Assembly: GCA_001823535.1 (NCBI GenBank)
Contig: MHUT01000011.1
Coordinates: 9,864 to 73,863, forward strand
DNA length: 64,000 nt
Origin: Candidatus Yonathbacteria bacterium RIFCSPHIGHO2_02_FULL_44_14
GTDB taxonomy: Bacteria > Patescibacteriota > Minisyncoccia > Phycocordibacterales > UBA1550
Reading direction: 5' to 3'
Position numbers and translations under genes: made by a program. The number at the start of each line of letters is the position of its first letter. The stretch's first letter is position 1. Shown here one piece after another: positions 38,215 to 47,256 of the stretch. Below the pieces are notes generated by a model. It did not search any database. It saw only the letters and a program-made list of their open reading frames with translations, and had not been told where the DNA came from.

Positions 38215-38736
38215 CTACCTAAAAGTAATTGTCGTACGCAGACTATCCGAGTATGACCAATCAGTGCTTAAGGAATTATAGCGCATCGTCATCGCGACTT
38301 GCATAGAAGTCGTTGTGGCATCCAATAAGGAATTATAATTTTCGAGTCGCGTAAAGGTGGGGACTTCAACAAGAACTGAATTACCTGTTGTCGTAGCAAC
38401 TACGCCATTCTCAATACGTCGTAGCGCACCCCCCAACACATCATAAACGACGGGGACTCCAGATACGGTAACACTTAGTGAACTTGAAGGAGTCCCAAGA
38501 GTTGGAGCGGAAACAGCAGAAGCATTTTTTACGTCCTGCTTGATTCGCTCAATTGCAAAGCGAATCGCACTATTCACTTCGCTCCGCGCTTCTGCTTGCC
38601 CTCGCCCCTTTGATAGGGAGATAAATGCATCGGAGATGATTACCATGAGTCCCGAAAGTATGGCAATATAGAGCAGAAGCTCAAGCAAGCTCATTCCGCG
38701 CTGGCATACTTTGTTTTTTGGAGAAAAAATTTTCAT
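38215..38736 (-). CDS. Prepilin, PilW-like minor pilin
   Basis: RGMSLLELLLYIAIL; IKQDVKNA. Confidence 0.85.
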   Translation of the reverse strand: MKIFSPKNKVCQRGMSLLELLLYIAILSGLMVIISDAFISLSKGRGQAEARSEVNSAIRFAIERIKQDVKNASAVSAPTLGTPSSSLSVTVSGVPVVYDVLGGALRRIENGVVATTTGNSVLVEVPTFTRLENYNSLLDATTTSMQVAMTMRYNSLSTDWSYSDSLRTTITFR

Positions 38737-41693
38737 CTAATGGAAATGACGCTTGTTATTATTTGTCCGCTATCAAGCACCGCCTTGAGCTGCCAAGAAC
38801 CTGGCGACATCGTACTCGTGGAGAGATTAAAAAGGTAGTGCTGTCCGCTTGTATCATAGCGGAATTGATTTCCCGTATCTGCCACTGAGGTCGAAAGGGG
38901 TATTTCATCATTCCCAACCACGCTATCACTTATTTTTGCAACATAGAGGTATGCAAAAACCGAAGGTACCGCGTTATTATTCACATCACGCACTCCAAAT
39001 TTCACCGGCAATGTTCTTCCTTGGTTGTACACACCGCTTCCATCAGATTTAATAGGTGAAAGAAAGCCATTTGTTGCGTAGAGAACATTGAATGTACTGG
39101 TAGTAGTAGCGGTGTTGCCTTCATTATCCATCGCGACCAGTTCCAGCATATTTACTCCTGGCTTGACCATGGTTACCTGTTGTCCATTTATAACTGGATT
39201 CTCATTCAAGGTAGCGTTTAGAATTGCAATACCCGAGACATCGGTTGCATAGAATTGCGCCGTAGTGGTTGCGTTGAGGAGGTATTCACCTGAGGGGTAA
39301 ACGACTGAGATTGCGGGTGGGTCGATTTCAGTAAGACTGCTGTCGCTCTGAATAACGCGGTCAACAACACCATCTCCGTTGGTATCAATGCCTACGGTCA
39401 CCCCACGCTCTCCACGGTCAAGCGCATCCCAATCAATAAAATATTCGTGGATTTCACCCGGGGTGGCGGGGATGTTTGTGGCATAAAAAGTCCGTAAAAT
39501 ATCATTCTGTGTGAATTCAACTCGGAAACCGTATGTTCCTATTCCCGTTCCGATTACACGATATGTATACGGATTATGAGGGAAGAATATTACCCCTCCG
39601 TCTGCATCACGGTCATACCGTGAGAAAGGAATTTCTTCTCTGATTACGGAAGTTCCGTCAAAACCTGTAGCTCGCCCAAGTGAATCAATCACCTCAATTT
39701 CAACAGGACTAAACTTCTTGAACTCAATTCGGTTTGCATTTGCAAGCTTCAATTTTTCAATAAGTTGATCATTGTTTGCATAGTCAATCCCTGGGAAATA
39801 TATCGACAAATCGCGCAAAGAATTCGAGATTTGTTTCAGGTAGTTACCCGTCAATACTTTTCCATTGTATCCCCATGTGGCAAGAACGCGTTCAATATCT
39901 TGGCAGCTATATACCAATGTCCCAATCGTTAGCTGTGCATCAGGACATTTCCTGCGATACTTCTCTTGCAGTGTACGAAAACCGTCTTTGATGTTTGCAT
40001 AAATCCCCTGCAAAGCATTTGAGTAGTACTTACTTGTGGGAAAATTCGTCCGGCAATCCCCTGTTTTGGGATAATTTTTAAGAGCACTTCCCAAGCCCTT
40101 GAATCCCTCACTGGTGATTTGCATAATACCAATTCCGCCGTCTTGCGCACTGGAACAAATTTCGTTATCAAGTGTGCCTGCCGACTCGTGTCCTGCAATA
40201 GCAAGCACAAGTTCTTTAGGGTATGAAGCTCCTTGAATAAATCTTTGGAAATTATTTAAACTATCATGTCCGCCACCTCCGCCATAGAGAGAGCTTGAAG
40301 TTGCTGTCGCAGTGTAGTAAGTATCTACTGCCTGTAGGATTACGGGGGTACGGGCTTCCTTTGTTTGATATGGCATGGTGGTTGCTTTTGCATCAAGAGT
40401 TGATTGAGCATTTGCGTCATACGGAAGATATATTGTTCCCGTGCTTATCTCTCTAGCCACCATCCAGCCAATGGCACCATCAGTCACATCAACCACTCCG
40501 TACCATTGGTACCCGTCGAGTTCGATAGTTTGCCCCGTAACAGTATCAGTCGTCGTTGCGACTTTGAGCACCCAGTCGGCGGGGACAGTTTTTATAACAT
40601 CACTTGCCGGTTTGTCAGTTTGTGTTCCCGTTATTTTTGTTCCCGCTGTTTGACGGAGTTTAAAAACTCCGCCGGAATGATTAACTTGAGAAAAAAATTG
40701 AGGTAGTTGGGGACCCCCGATTGCTATTTTACTCACGGTGTTGGAATATTGGTTTGCCACCCAGACAGAGTTCGTAACATTGTCGAAGGCGATGCCATTA
40801 GGATAATTCCCGACTGAATAATCAACCTTTGTACCGGTAAATATGTCTATCTTGCTTACGGATCTGGAAAAATAGTTTGTCACCCAGATAGAGTTCGTAA
40901 CATTATCGAAGGCGATGCCAATAGGATATGCTCCGACTGAATAATCAACCTTTGTACCGGTAAATATGTCTATCTTGCTTACGGTACCAGAGCCAACATT
41001 TGCAACCCAGACAGAATTAGTAACGCTATCGAAAGCAAGGCGATATGGCGACAGCCCAACAGGATAATCAACTCTTGAGCCACTAAATATGTCTACCTTG
41101 CTTACGGTACCAGAGCCAACATTTGCAACCCAGACAGAGTTCGTAACATTATCGAAGGCGACACCAGCAGAATCAACCCCGACTGAATAATCAACCTTTG
41201 TACCGGTAAATATGTCTATCTTGCTTACGGTATAATTGTTTGCCACCCAGACAGAGTTCGTAACATTATCGAAGGCGACACCAGCAGGATACATTCCTAT
41301 AGGATAATCAACTCTCGCACCGGTAACAATATTTATTTTACTTACGGATCTGGAAAAATAGTTTGTCACCCAGATAGAGTTCGTAACACTGTCGAAGGCG
41401 ATGCCATTATTCGACACCCCAACTGAATAATCAACCTTTGTACCGGTAAATATGTCTATCTTGCTTACGGTATAGGACTGACTCCCAACCCAAATAGAGT
41501 TGGTAATATTGTCAAAGGCAACCACTGTTGGATACGATCCGACAGCATAATCAGTTCTGGTGCCTGCTGGCGAATTCACAACTTGCGCGAAGGCAATATC
41601 GACAAAAGAAAAAAACGAAAAAAGGAGAATTATAGAACCTATGGTCCTTATTAAAGAAACTTTAGAAAATCGTGATATCAAATTTTGGGACAT
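38733..41693 (-). CDS. Secreted multidomain protein: 7-bladed YVTN-like beta-propeller, SH3-like, lytic transglycosylase-like, Ig-like and PxKF-like C-terminus
   Basis: Signal peptide; 7x VDYxVG...AFDxVTNSxWVxN...VSKID; LAIAGHESAG, GIGIMQI, NIKDG, GYNG; TLPVKF. Confidence 0.75.
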   Translation of the reverse strand: MSQNLISRFSKVSLIRTIGSIILLFSFFSFVDIAFAQVVNSPAGTRTDYAVGSYPTVVAFDNITNSIWVGSQSYTVSKIDIFTGTKVDYSVGVSNNGIAFDSVTNSIWVTNYFSRSVSKINIVTGARVDYPIGMYPAGVAFDNVTNSVWVANNYTVSKIDIFTGTKVDYSVGVDSAGVAFDNVTNSVWVANVGSGTVSKVDIFSGSRVDYPVGLSPYRLAFDSVTNSVWVANVGSGTVSKIDIFTGTKVDYSVGAYPIGIAFDNVTNSIWVTNYFSRSVSKIDIFTGTKVDYSVGNYPNGIAFDNVTNSVWVANQYSNTVSKIAIGGPQLPQFFSQVNHSGGVFKLRQTAGTKITGTQTDKPASDVIKTVPADWVLKVATTTDTVTGQTIELDGYQWYGVVDVTDGAIGWMVAREISTGTIYLPYDANAQSTLDAKATTMPYQTKEARTPVILQAVDTYYTATATSSSLYGGGGGHDSLNNFQRFIQGASYPKELVLAIAGHESAGTLDNEICSSAQDGGIGIMQITSEGFKGLGSALKNYPKTGDCRTNFPTSKYYSNALQGIYANIKDGFRTLQEKYRRKCPDAQLTIGTLVYSCQDIERVLATWGYNGKVLTGNYLKQISNSLRDLSIYFPGIDYANNDQLIEKLKLANANRIEFKKFSPVEIEVIDSLGRATGFDGTSVIREEIPFSRYDRDADGGVIFFPHNPYTYRVIGTGIGTYGFRVEFTQNDILRTFYATNIPATPGEIHEYFIDWDALDRGERGVTVGIDTNGDGVVDRVIQSDSSLTEIDPPAISVVYPSGEYLLNATTTAQFYATDVSGIAILNATLNENPVINGQQVTMVKPGVNMLELVAMDNEGNTATTTSTFNVLYATNGFLSPIKSDGSGVYNQGRTLPVKFGVRDVNNNAVPSVFAYLYVAKISDSVVGNDEIPLSTSVADTGNQFRYDTSGQHYLFNLSTSTMSPGSWQLKAVLDSGQIITSVISIR
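40813..41470. repeat. Four identical 49-bp intragenic repeats in the propeller region
   Basis: actgaataatcaacctttgtaccggtaaatatgtctatcttgcttacgg at 40813, 40936, 41182, 41422. Confidence 0.9.
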
Positions 41694-41741
41694 ATTTTAT
41701 TAAATTAGACACATTACGACATACCATTTCACATAAAACCC

Positions 41742-43388
41742 CTATGATGCATAGTTTACCACAATGCGAGTAATGGTGGGGGTAACTGTTCCTGGTGTTG
41801 TGCAGTCTCCCGAGCAAAGTTTTACCTTATACCGATAGTATCTTTGATTATTATGATACGTTGATGAGCATTTCAGCTCAACTGGTTGATCTTGATTTAC
41901 GGTATCATACCAAAAAACACTACCGCAACTCACTCCGTCTGAACCGATATAACTCCATGATCCTAAATCATTACAAGCTGGGGCATTTGTTTTTCCATTC
42001 GCGCAATCTGATGTAGCAAACTGAAATTTAACCTTTGTTCCAACGGGAAACGTTCCTTTCCACATTATTGAATTATATCCTCCACCGTCACCCGCTGTTG
42101 CCCAAAACGAATTCGAATCAAAAACGGAAGATGTAACAATTCCTGATGTATTTTTGTTTGCGACACCGCCCACAGCTGTGCCGCAGATCTTATTAGAATA
42201 CGCTGTTGAACCGCCTACGTGGGCATTCGTTAATAAAGAAGAAATGGAGGCAATGATTGCATCATACCCGGTGCAATTGTTTGCTTGATACGCTACCGAA
42301 ACAGTGCCCCCTGACGGTACGGACATACAGGCATTATTGGCGCTTGAGTAATTCGATTGATCATTTCTTTCTGCATGTGCGTTCGTCAGTCCAGACAATT
42401 TCAATACAACCGCAGAAGGTGCGGTGCATGAGTTACCAAGACCAGTAACTCCTGAACAGCAGATGACATTCCCTGTATAGTTTCCGTTTGATTGGCTGGG
42501 CAATTCCGCATGAGCATTTGTTGCGCCCGACATTCTGAGTATCGTCGTTCCACCACTGCTTGTACAAGCAGCCGCAGTGCTAACTGAGCAGGAAAGTGTT
42601 CCTGATGGTGGCGCTGCAACAGTAGCCTTGTAGGTGGCAATTAGGTCAATTGAGTCATTCGCCCCACTCAATGTGCCGGTAGCGTTATAGGTGCCGATAC
42701 TAGAAACAATCTGATACTCAGTAAAGATTGTCATATTGGAAGAAGCCGCAGAACCACTAGTACCCGCGCTAGGTAATGCAGTAAAGATTCCACCTGCGGT
42801 AAATGTAGTTGTGGGAGGGGCTTCACTGGTAAAAGACCCAAAGAGCAATTCATCTGCCTGCGCAGTCGAGGCAGTGGCAGTGGAATCAAGGGCAGTAGTA
42901 AGACTATATGTTTTTGCTGTCTGATCGAGGGCACTAGCAGTCAATAACCCAGAAAATTCAGTTGCACTCATGGCACTCGCATTAAGACTTGTGTGTGTAA
43001 CGGTAATTGTATCCCCGCTCACTAGCGCGGTAGTAATAGGTGCTGAACAAATAGAGCCTTGTTTCGAGTTATTGTAATTATACTCAACATCAGTGGTATA
43101 AGTGTTCCCTTTTGAATCAGAACATACAGGAATAAGCGGTGGAGGATTAGCCGAACTGTAGTCCGAAGCAATGCCAATGATTACCGTATTGCCGGAAGCG
43201 ACCCCTCCGGCTGGTACAGTAATCTGTAATTGCGTATGTGCGCCTTTTTGAGCTACGGCACCGATATTTTGAACTAAAGCGATCGCTGCATGGGCTTGGT
43301 TAACATCAATACAAAAAACAAATAAAATTGTTAGAATTGATCCTCGAAGGATTCTTTTACTTAAAAATTTAGTTGCAAAAAGACTCAT
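41742..43388 (-). CDS. Secreted Cys-rich hypothetical protein with three TNAH repeats
   Basis: Signal peptide ending AHA; SGATNAHAE, SGLTNAHAE, SLLTNAHVG. Confidence 0.75.
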   Translation of the reverse strand: MSLFATKFLSKRILRGSILTILFVFCIDVNQAHAAIALVQNIGAVAQKGAHTQLQITVPAGGVASGNTVIIGIASDYSSANPPPLIPVCSDSKGNTYTTDVEYNYNNSKQGSICSAPITTALVSGDTITVTHTSLNASAMSATEFSGLLTASALDQTAKTYSLTTALDSTATASTAQADELLFGSFTSEAPPTTTFTAGGIFTALPSAGTSGSAASSNMTIFTEYQIVSSIGTYNATGTLSGANDSIDLIATYKATVAAPPSGTLSCSVSTAAACTSSGGTTILRMSGATNAHAELPSQSNGNYTGNVICCSGVTGLGNSCTAPSAVVLKLSGLTNAHAERNDQSNYSSANNACMSVPSGGTVSVAYQANNCTGYDAIIASISSLLTNAHVGGSTAYSNKICGTAVGGVANKNTSGIVTSSVFDSNSFWATAGDGGGYNSIMWKGTFPVGTKVKFQFATSDCANGKTNAPACNDLGSWSYIGSDGVSCGSVFWYDTVNQDQPVELKCSSTYHNNQRYYRYKVKLCSGDCTTPGTVTPTITRIVVNYAS

Positions 43389-43459
43389 TTTTAATTACTT
43401 CATTGCTCAAGGGGAATCAAGCAAATTTTATGATACCACCGCCCAAAATCACTATCTTT

Positions 43460-44374
43460 TTAATAAGCACTATATTTACACCAACTTCCTTCTTTTATAA
43501 CGATACCATTTGATGTCGCTGTCTCTGGCTTAAATCTCATCTGGAGTGTCCCAGCGTTTGCGCCATTACTCCAAAAACCAGAAAATCGAGCACTGTTGTT
43601 TGTCGTAGCAACTGATGCTGTGGTAACAGCACCGGTATCATCACCTACAATGGTTGTTCCTCCAACCGTCGCAGTGGTAATACCAGAAACCATTTGCGCG
43701 CTGGTGATGAGCGGTGACGATGGTCCAGTCCATCCAACACCGAGTCCTCTGGTGGTAGCACTAGCATCATATAGGATATAACATTCAATATCGTACCGTG
43801 TATTTGCACTAATCGCCCAAGAAAGACCTGTTATGTTCTGATAGGCAGTCGAGGCTGTGCTCCCGACATCGGCAGTAGTAACCACATAGGTCGCGCCACC
43901 TCCTGCGGAAGTCTGATCAGTCCCACAAGAAAAAAGGTTTGTGGTACTGTCGTAAAGAAGCTTTGCATTTGTGCCAGAACAGCTCGACGGTAATGAGCGA
44001 GCCGTGTATGCCGAAGTAGAGTCCCCAACCAACACCGCATCAGAGACAGAAGCAGTGAGACCGGTTCCTCCTTGCGCAACCGTAACGGCACTATTGCTTG
44101 TCAAAACTGACGCAGCTGCGTCAGGAAAGGTAAATGTTCTTTCTGTTGTAGGTCCAGTCACAGAAAAGAACGCTGAACCAGTACCACCATTTGCAACAGG
44201 AAGAATACCTGTCACTTGTGCTGTCAAATCAACAAGGACATCTCCAACCTCTGACCATGTGTGTCCGGGGTTTGGCGCAACCGCATTAACAACCGTGATT
44301 ACAGAAAATGCAACACCAAGGAGAAGCAGGGCTGTTAATGTTTTGTTTGGTGTAAATTTGGGGAATTTTTTCAT
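43460..44374 (-). CDS. Secreted fibre-like hypothetical protein
   Basis: Signal peptide; VTGILPVANGGTG and VTVAQGGTG repeats; beta-rich C-terminus. Confidence 0.7.
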   Translation of the reverse strand: MKKFPKFTPNKTLTALLLLGVAFSVITVVNAVAPNPGHTWSEVGDVLVDLTAQVTGILPVANGGTGSAFFSVTGPTTERTFTFPDAAASVLTSNSAVTVAQGGTGLTASVSDAVLVGDSTSAYTARSLPSSCSGTNAKLLYDSTTNLFSCGTDQTSAGGGATYVVTTADVGSTASTAYQNITGLSWAISANTRYDIECYILYDASATTRGLGVGWTGPSSPLITSAQMVSGITTATVGGTTIVGDDTGAVTTASVATTNNSARFSGFWSNGANAGTLQMRFKPETATSNGIVIKEGSWCKYSAY

Positions 44375-44444
44375 ATTAAAATTATGTGGCGACTGCTTAA
44401 TTGTTTCTTATATTTTACCTTGTATCAATAATGAGGGCAAGCAT

Positions 44445-45107
44445 TTATATCAACTTGAGCGTGCCTGTTGAAGTAGATACTGTGGCATCAATGGTATCGT
44501 AGGTTGTCGTACCGCACGATTGAACCGAATCCCCCGACAAACCATTCCCCACCCATCCCGACTGACTGCACACCATATTTCTCCATCGGAAAAAATATTC
44601 GGAAATTGCAACGGGGTCGGCGTTCGGCCATGAGACGGTTACGGTCGCTTTTTGAGTTGAAGGATCATCGATGTAATCTGTGGCGAGCGGTGTGCAGGTG
44701 GTACTACTTGCAATGGAACGGGTTGAATCACTACATCGATTCACATTTTCTATAATTACATAGAGTGTGTATGTTACACCGTTAAGAACAACCGTTTGGC
44801 TCCCCGTTCCCAATGTCCATTTCCCCACAGGCACAGTCGAAGTGGCGTAGTACTGCGACCCCTTTGTAAGACCGTAAATATTCTGCCACTTTTCTTCAGT
44901 AGTTCCGCGCACCGCTTCAAGCCCTTCGTTTGCAAGACCAAGCGCCACATCGCGCTCGCTCGACACTTTGTTGCTTTGCAAACTCACAAACACTGCCTCA
45001 CTTCCCGTAGATAGGATAACGGCAAGCAGAGCGATCACAATAAGAAGCTCAAGAAGGAGGGACCCGCGGTTGTACTTTAGGATATTAAATTTTAGATTGT
45101 GTCTCAT
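44445..45107 (-). CDS. Prepilin, PilV-like minor pilin
   Basis: RGSLLLELLIVIALL, ANEGLEAVR, ATVTVSW. Confidence 0.85.
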   Translation of the reverse strand: MRHNLKFNILKYNRGSLLLELLIVIALLAVILSTGSEAVFVSLQSNKVSSERDVALGLANEGLEAVRGTTEEKWQNIYGLTKGSQYYATSTVPVGKWTLGTGSQTVVLNGVTYTLYVIIENVNRCSDSTRSIASSTTCTPLATDYIDDPSTQKATVTVSWPNADPVAISEYFFRWRNMVCSQSGWVGNGLSGDSVQSCGTTTYDTIDATVSTSTGTLKLI

Positions 45108-45109
45108 GT

Positions 45110-45556
45110 TTAATATATTGTTCCGATGCTTGAGATTGTTGTTGTTGCGGTTGCTCCCTCTTGAGTGATACTTGTCGTAGTTGCCGCAGGTATGGTGCCA
45201 GAAATTTTATTGAAGATGACGTCTTTGTATCCTGATGCAGGGTCAGAAAATCTGATGCCGGACGATAAGGTGGTGGTGGCCGTAGTGGTAGAGTTTGTGC
45301 CGTCTGTTGAAAATGTTATGTAATAATCTCCGCTGGTATTTTTTACAAAACGCACGCCCCATTTATATCCGCTCTCGCCTATCATTGATTTCGCACGCAT
45401 TTGTTGCAAATCGCTCACAATCATTTTTGAAGCAGATTGAATTTCCATATTTTTGACAACACCACGATAGAACCCAGATCCGGTAACTGCGAGCACTGCC
45501 ATGATTGCTATCACGATGAGGAGCTCTAAAAGCGAAAATCCGCGCGAAGTATGCAT
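45110..45556 (-). CDS. Prepilin, FimT/FimU-like minor pilin
   Basis: RGFSLLELLIVIAIM. Confidence 0.85.
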   Translation of the reverse strand: MHTSRGFSLLELLIVIAIMAVLAVTGSGFYRGVVKNMEIQSASKMIVSDLQQMRAKSMIGESGYKWGVRFVKNTSGDYYITFSTDGTNSTTTATTTLSSGIRFSDPASGYKDVIFNKISGTIPAATTTSITQEGATATTTISSIGTIY

Positions 45557-45559
45557 ATT

Positions 45560-46774
45560 TTAAGTAAAATGACCTACTAATTGATAAATCGGCAGAATAA
45601 TAGAGAATGCGATAGATCCGACAAGGAGTCCCATAATAAGAAGCAGTGCCGGTTCGAGGATAGCGGTTAAGTCTTTGAGCTTGTTATCAACATCTTCCTC
45701 GTAAAAATCAGAGAAAGTGACTAGAATTTCTGACAACGAACCCGTGCGCTCCCCCACTGTTACCAAACTTAAAAGTAAGCGCGGGAAGAGTTTCGGAAAT
45801 TTTGCAAGAGCGTCAGAAATAGAGAGGCCGTTTTTAATGTCTTCAATCACAGCAGTAATTGCCATTTCATACTTTTGATTACCAATAGATTGAGCGGCAG
45901 ATTCAAGCGATGAGACCGCGGAAAGCCCGCCTGCCATCAAATTTCCTAAAGTACGAGAAAATCGAACAAGGGCAACTTTTCTTACGAGATCGTCCGCTAC
46001 GGGGATCCGTGAAATGATCAAGAAAAAAAACTTCTTCCCCATGCGAGTCGTACGAAAATAAAGAAAAAACCAGATAACAAAAACAAGTGCGGCAGCATCA
46101 AGCATGAAGCTGTAGGTAAGCATACTGGAAAGTCCAAGAAAAAACTTGGTAACCCACGGGAGGTCCACACCGCTCGATGCAAATGCCTTGGTGAGACGCG
46201 GGAGCACAAAAATAAGTAAAAGTGACACGACCCCAACAGAAGCGATGAGAAGAATGACGGGGTAAGTCAATGCAGATTTGACCTTTGCACGAAGCGCATA
46301 TTCCTTTGAAAGATACTGCGAGAGCTCGGCAAGAGTGCGGTCCAGCTGCCCAGATGCCTCTCCGGCACGGAGCATTCCAAGAAAAACAGGGGGGAATGAA
46401 TTTGCATAATTTCCAAAACCTAATGAAAGGGGTTGGCCATTTTTTACCAATGCTTGAACCTCCTGAAGGGTGTTCTTCATAATCTTTTTTTCAGTATCGG
46501 CAATTAAAATATCAAGCGCTTCTACGATAGAGAGGCCCGCCTTTATGGTCGCTGAGAGGTTGCGCGTCAAAAACAAAATATCAACCGGAGTAATTTTTTC
46601 AAAAAGCGAAAATGAAAGATCAAGCACGCCCTTGCTGGCGCGGAGAGCCTCCACAGAGATGGGGTTTAAATCGCGACGAAGCAAGTAGTCGACAACTTCT
46701 TCGCGAGTACTTGCTTCGTACTCCCCTCGCACAATTGCCCCGTCGCGATTATACCCTTCATAAATAAAAATCAT
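45560..46774 (-). CDS. pilC: Type IV pilus platform protein PilC/GspF
   Basis: AGEASGQLD, SALTYP, VGERTGSL, LEPALL, ILPIY. Confidence 0.93.
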   Translation of the reverse strand: MIFIYEGYNRDGAIVRGEYEASTREEVVDYLLRRDLNPISVEALRASKGVLDLSFSLFEKITPVDILFLTRNLSATIKAGLSIVEALDILIADTEKKIMKNTLQEVQALVKNGQPLSLGFGNYANSFPPVFLGMLRAGEASGQLDRTLAELSQYLSKEYALRAKVKSALTYPVILLIASVGVVSLLLIFVLPRLTKAFASSGVDLPWVTKFFLGLSSMLTYSFMLDAAALVFVIWFFLYFRTTRMGKKFFFLIISRIPVADDLVRKVALVRFSRTLGNLMAGGLSAVSSLESAAQSIGNQKYEMAITAVIEDIKNGLSISDALAKFPKLFPRLLLSLVTVGERTGSLSEILVTFSDFYEEDVDNKLKDLTAILEPALLLIMGLLVGSIAFSIILPIYQLVGHFT

Positions 46775-46782
46775 AATGAAAA

Positions 46783-46813
46783 GACAATTAACATTTGACA
46801 ATTAACATTTGAC
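46783..46813. repeat. Heptamer array downstream of the four-helix-bundle gene
   Basis: gacaatt aacattt gacaatt aacattt gac. Confidence 0.85.
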
Positions 46814-46826
46814 GGGGATTTTATAA

Positions 46827-47213
46827 TCATTTTATTGGTGATTTTAACAAACTCTTACGAAAGGCTGTGAGTTGATTTGCGAGAACCTCCGCTCCACTCA
46901 AACAATCCTTATGTTCCGTAATTGTAAAGTACTCACTATCTAACGCAATGTCGCAACATGCAACAACCTCATTAAGAGAAGTATGCGACATATTTAGAAA
47001 ATGTGCAAAGTCCTTATCTGTCATACGGTCCGACCCCTCGGCGATATTAAGAATGATGGAATCAAGCGCTCGAGATATTTGAGCGAGCAACGAAAACTGC
47101 TCCGTGTATGGAAACTTTTTCTTTGTTAATATTTTTACATTATGCACAAAAATACGAGCATCGCCATACACGGGAAATTGCCTAAATCTAAATTTTTTGT
47201 TCTGTGTTTGCAT
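46827..47213 (-). CDS. Four-helix-bundle protein (23S rRNA intervening-sequence protein / Avd-like family)
   Basis: FPYTEQFSLLAQISRALDSIILNIAEG, FAHFLNMSHTSLNEV. Confidence 0.9.
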   Translation of the reverse strand: MQTQNKKFRFRQFPVYGDARIFVHNVKILTKKKFPYTEQFSLLAQISRALDSIILNIAEGSDRMTDKDFAHFLNMSHTSLNEVVACCDIALDSEYFTITEHKDCLSGAEVLANQLTAFRKSLLKSPIK

Positions 47214-47217
47214 CTTA

Positions 47218-47248
47218 GTCAAATGTCACTGGTCAATTGTCAAATGTT
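47218..47248. repeat. Heptamer array upstream of the four-helix-bundle gene, inverted relative to 46783-46813
   Basis: gtcaaat gtcactg gtcaatt gtcaaat gtt. Confidence 0.85.
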
Positions 47249-47256
47249 CCCCAATT

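Noticed and set aside
46827-47213. Diversity-generating retroelement suggested by the Avd-like gene
   Set aside because: No reverse transcriptase and no TR/VR pair with adenine-specific mismatches seen in the window
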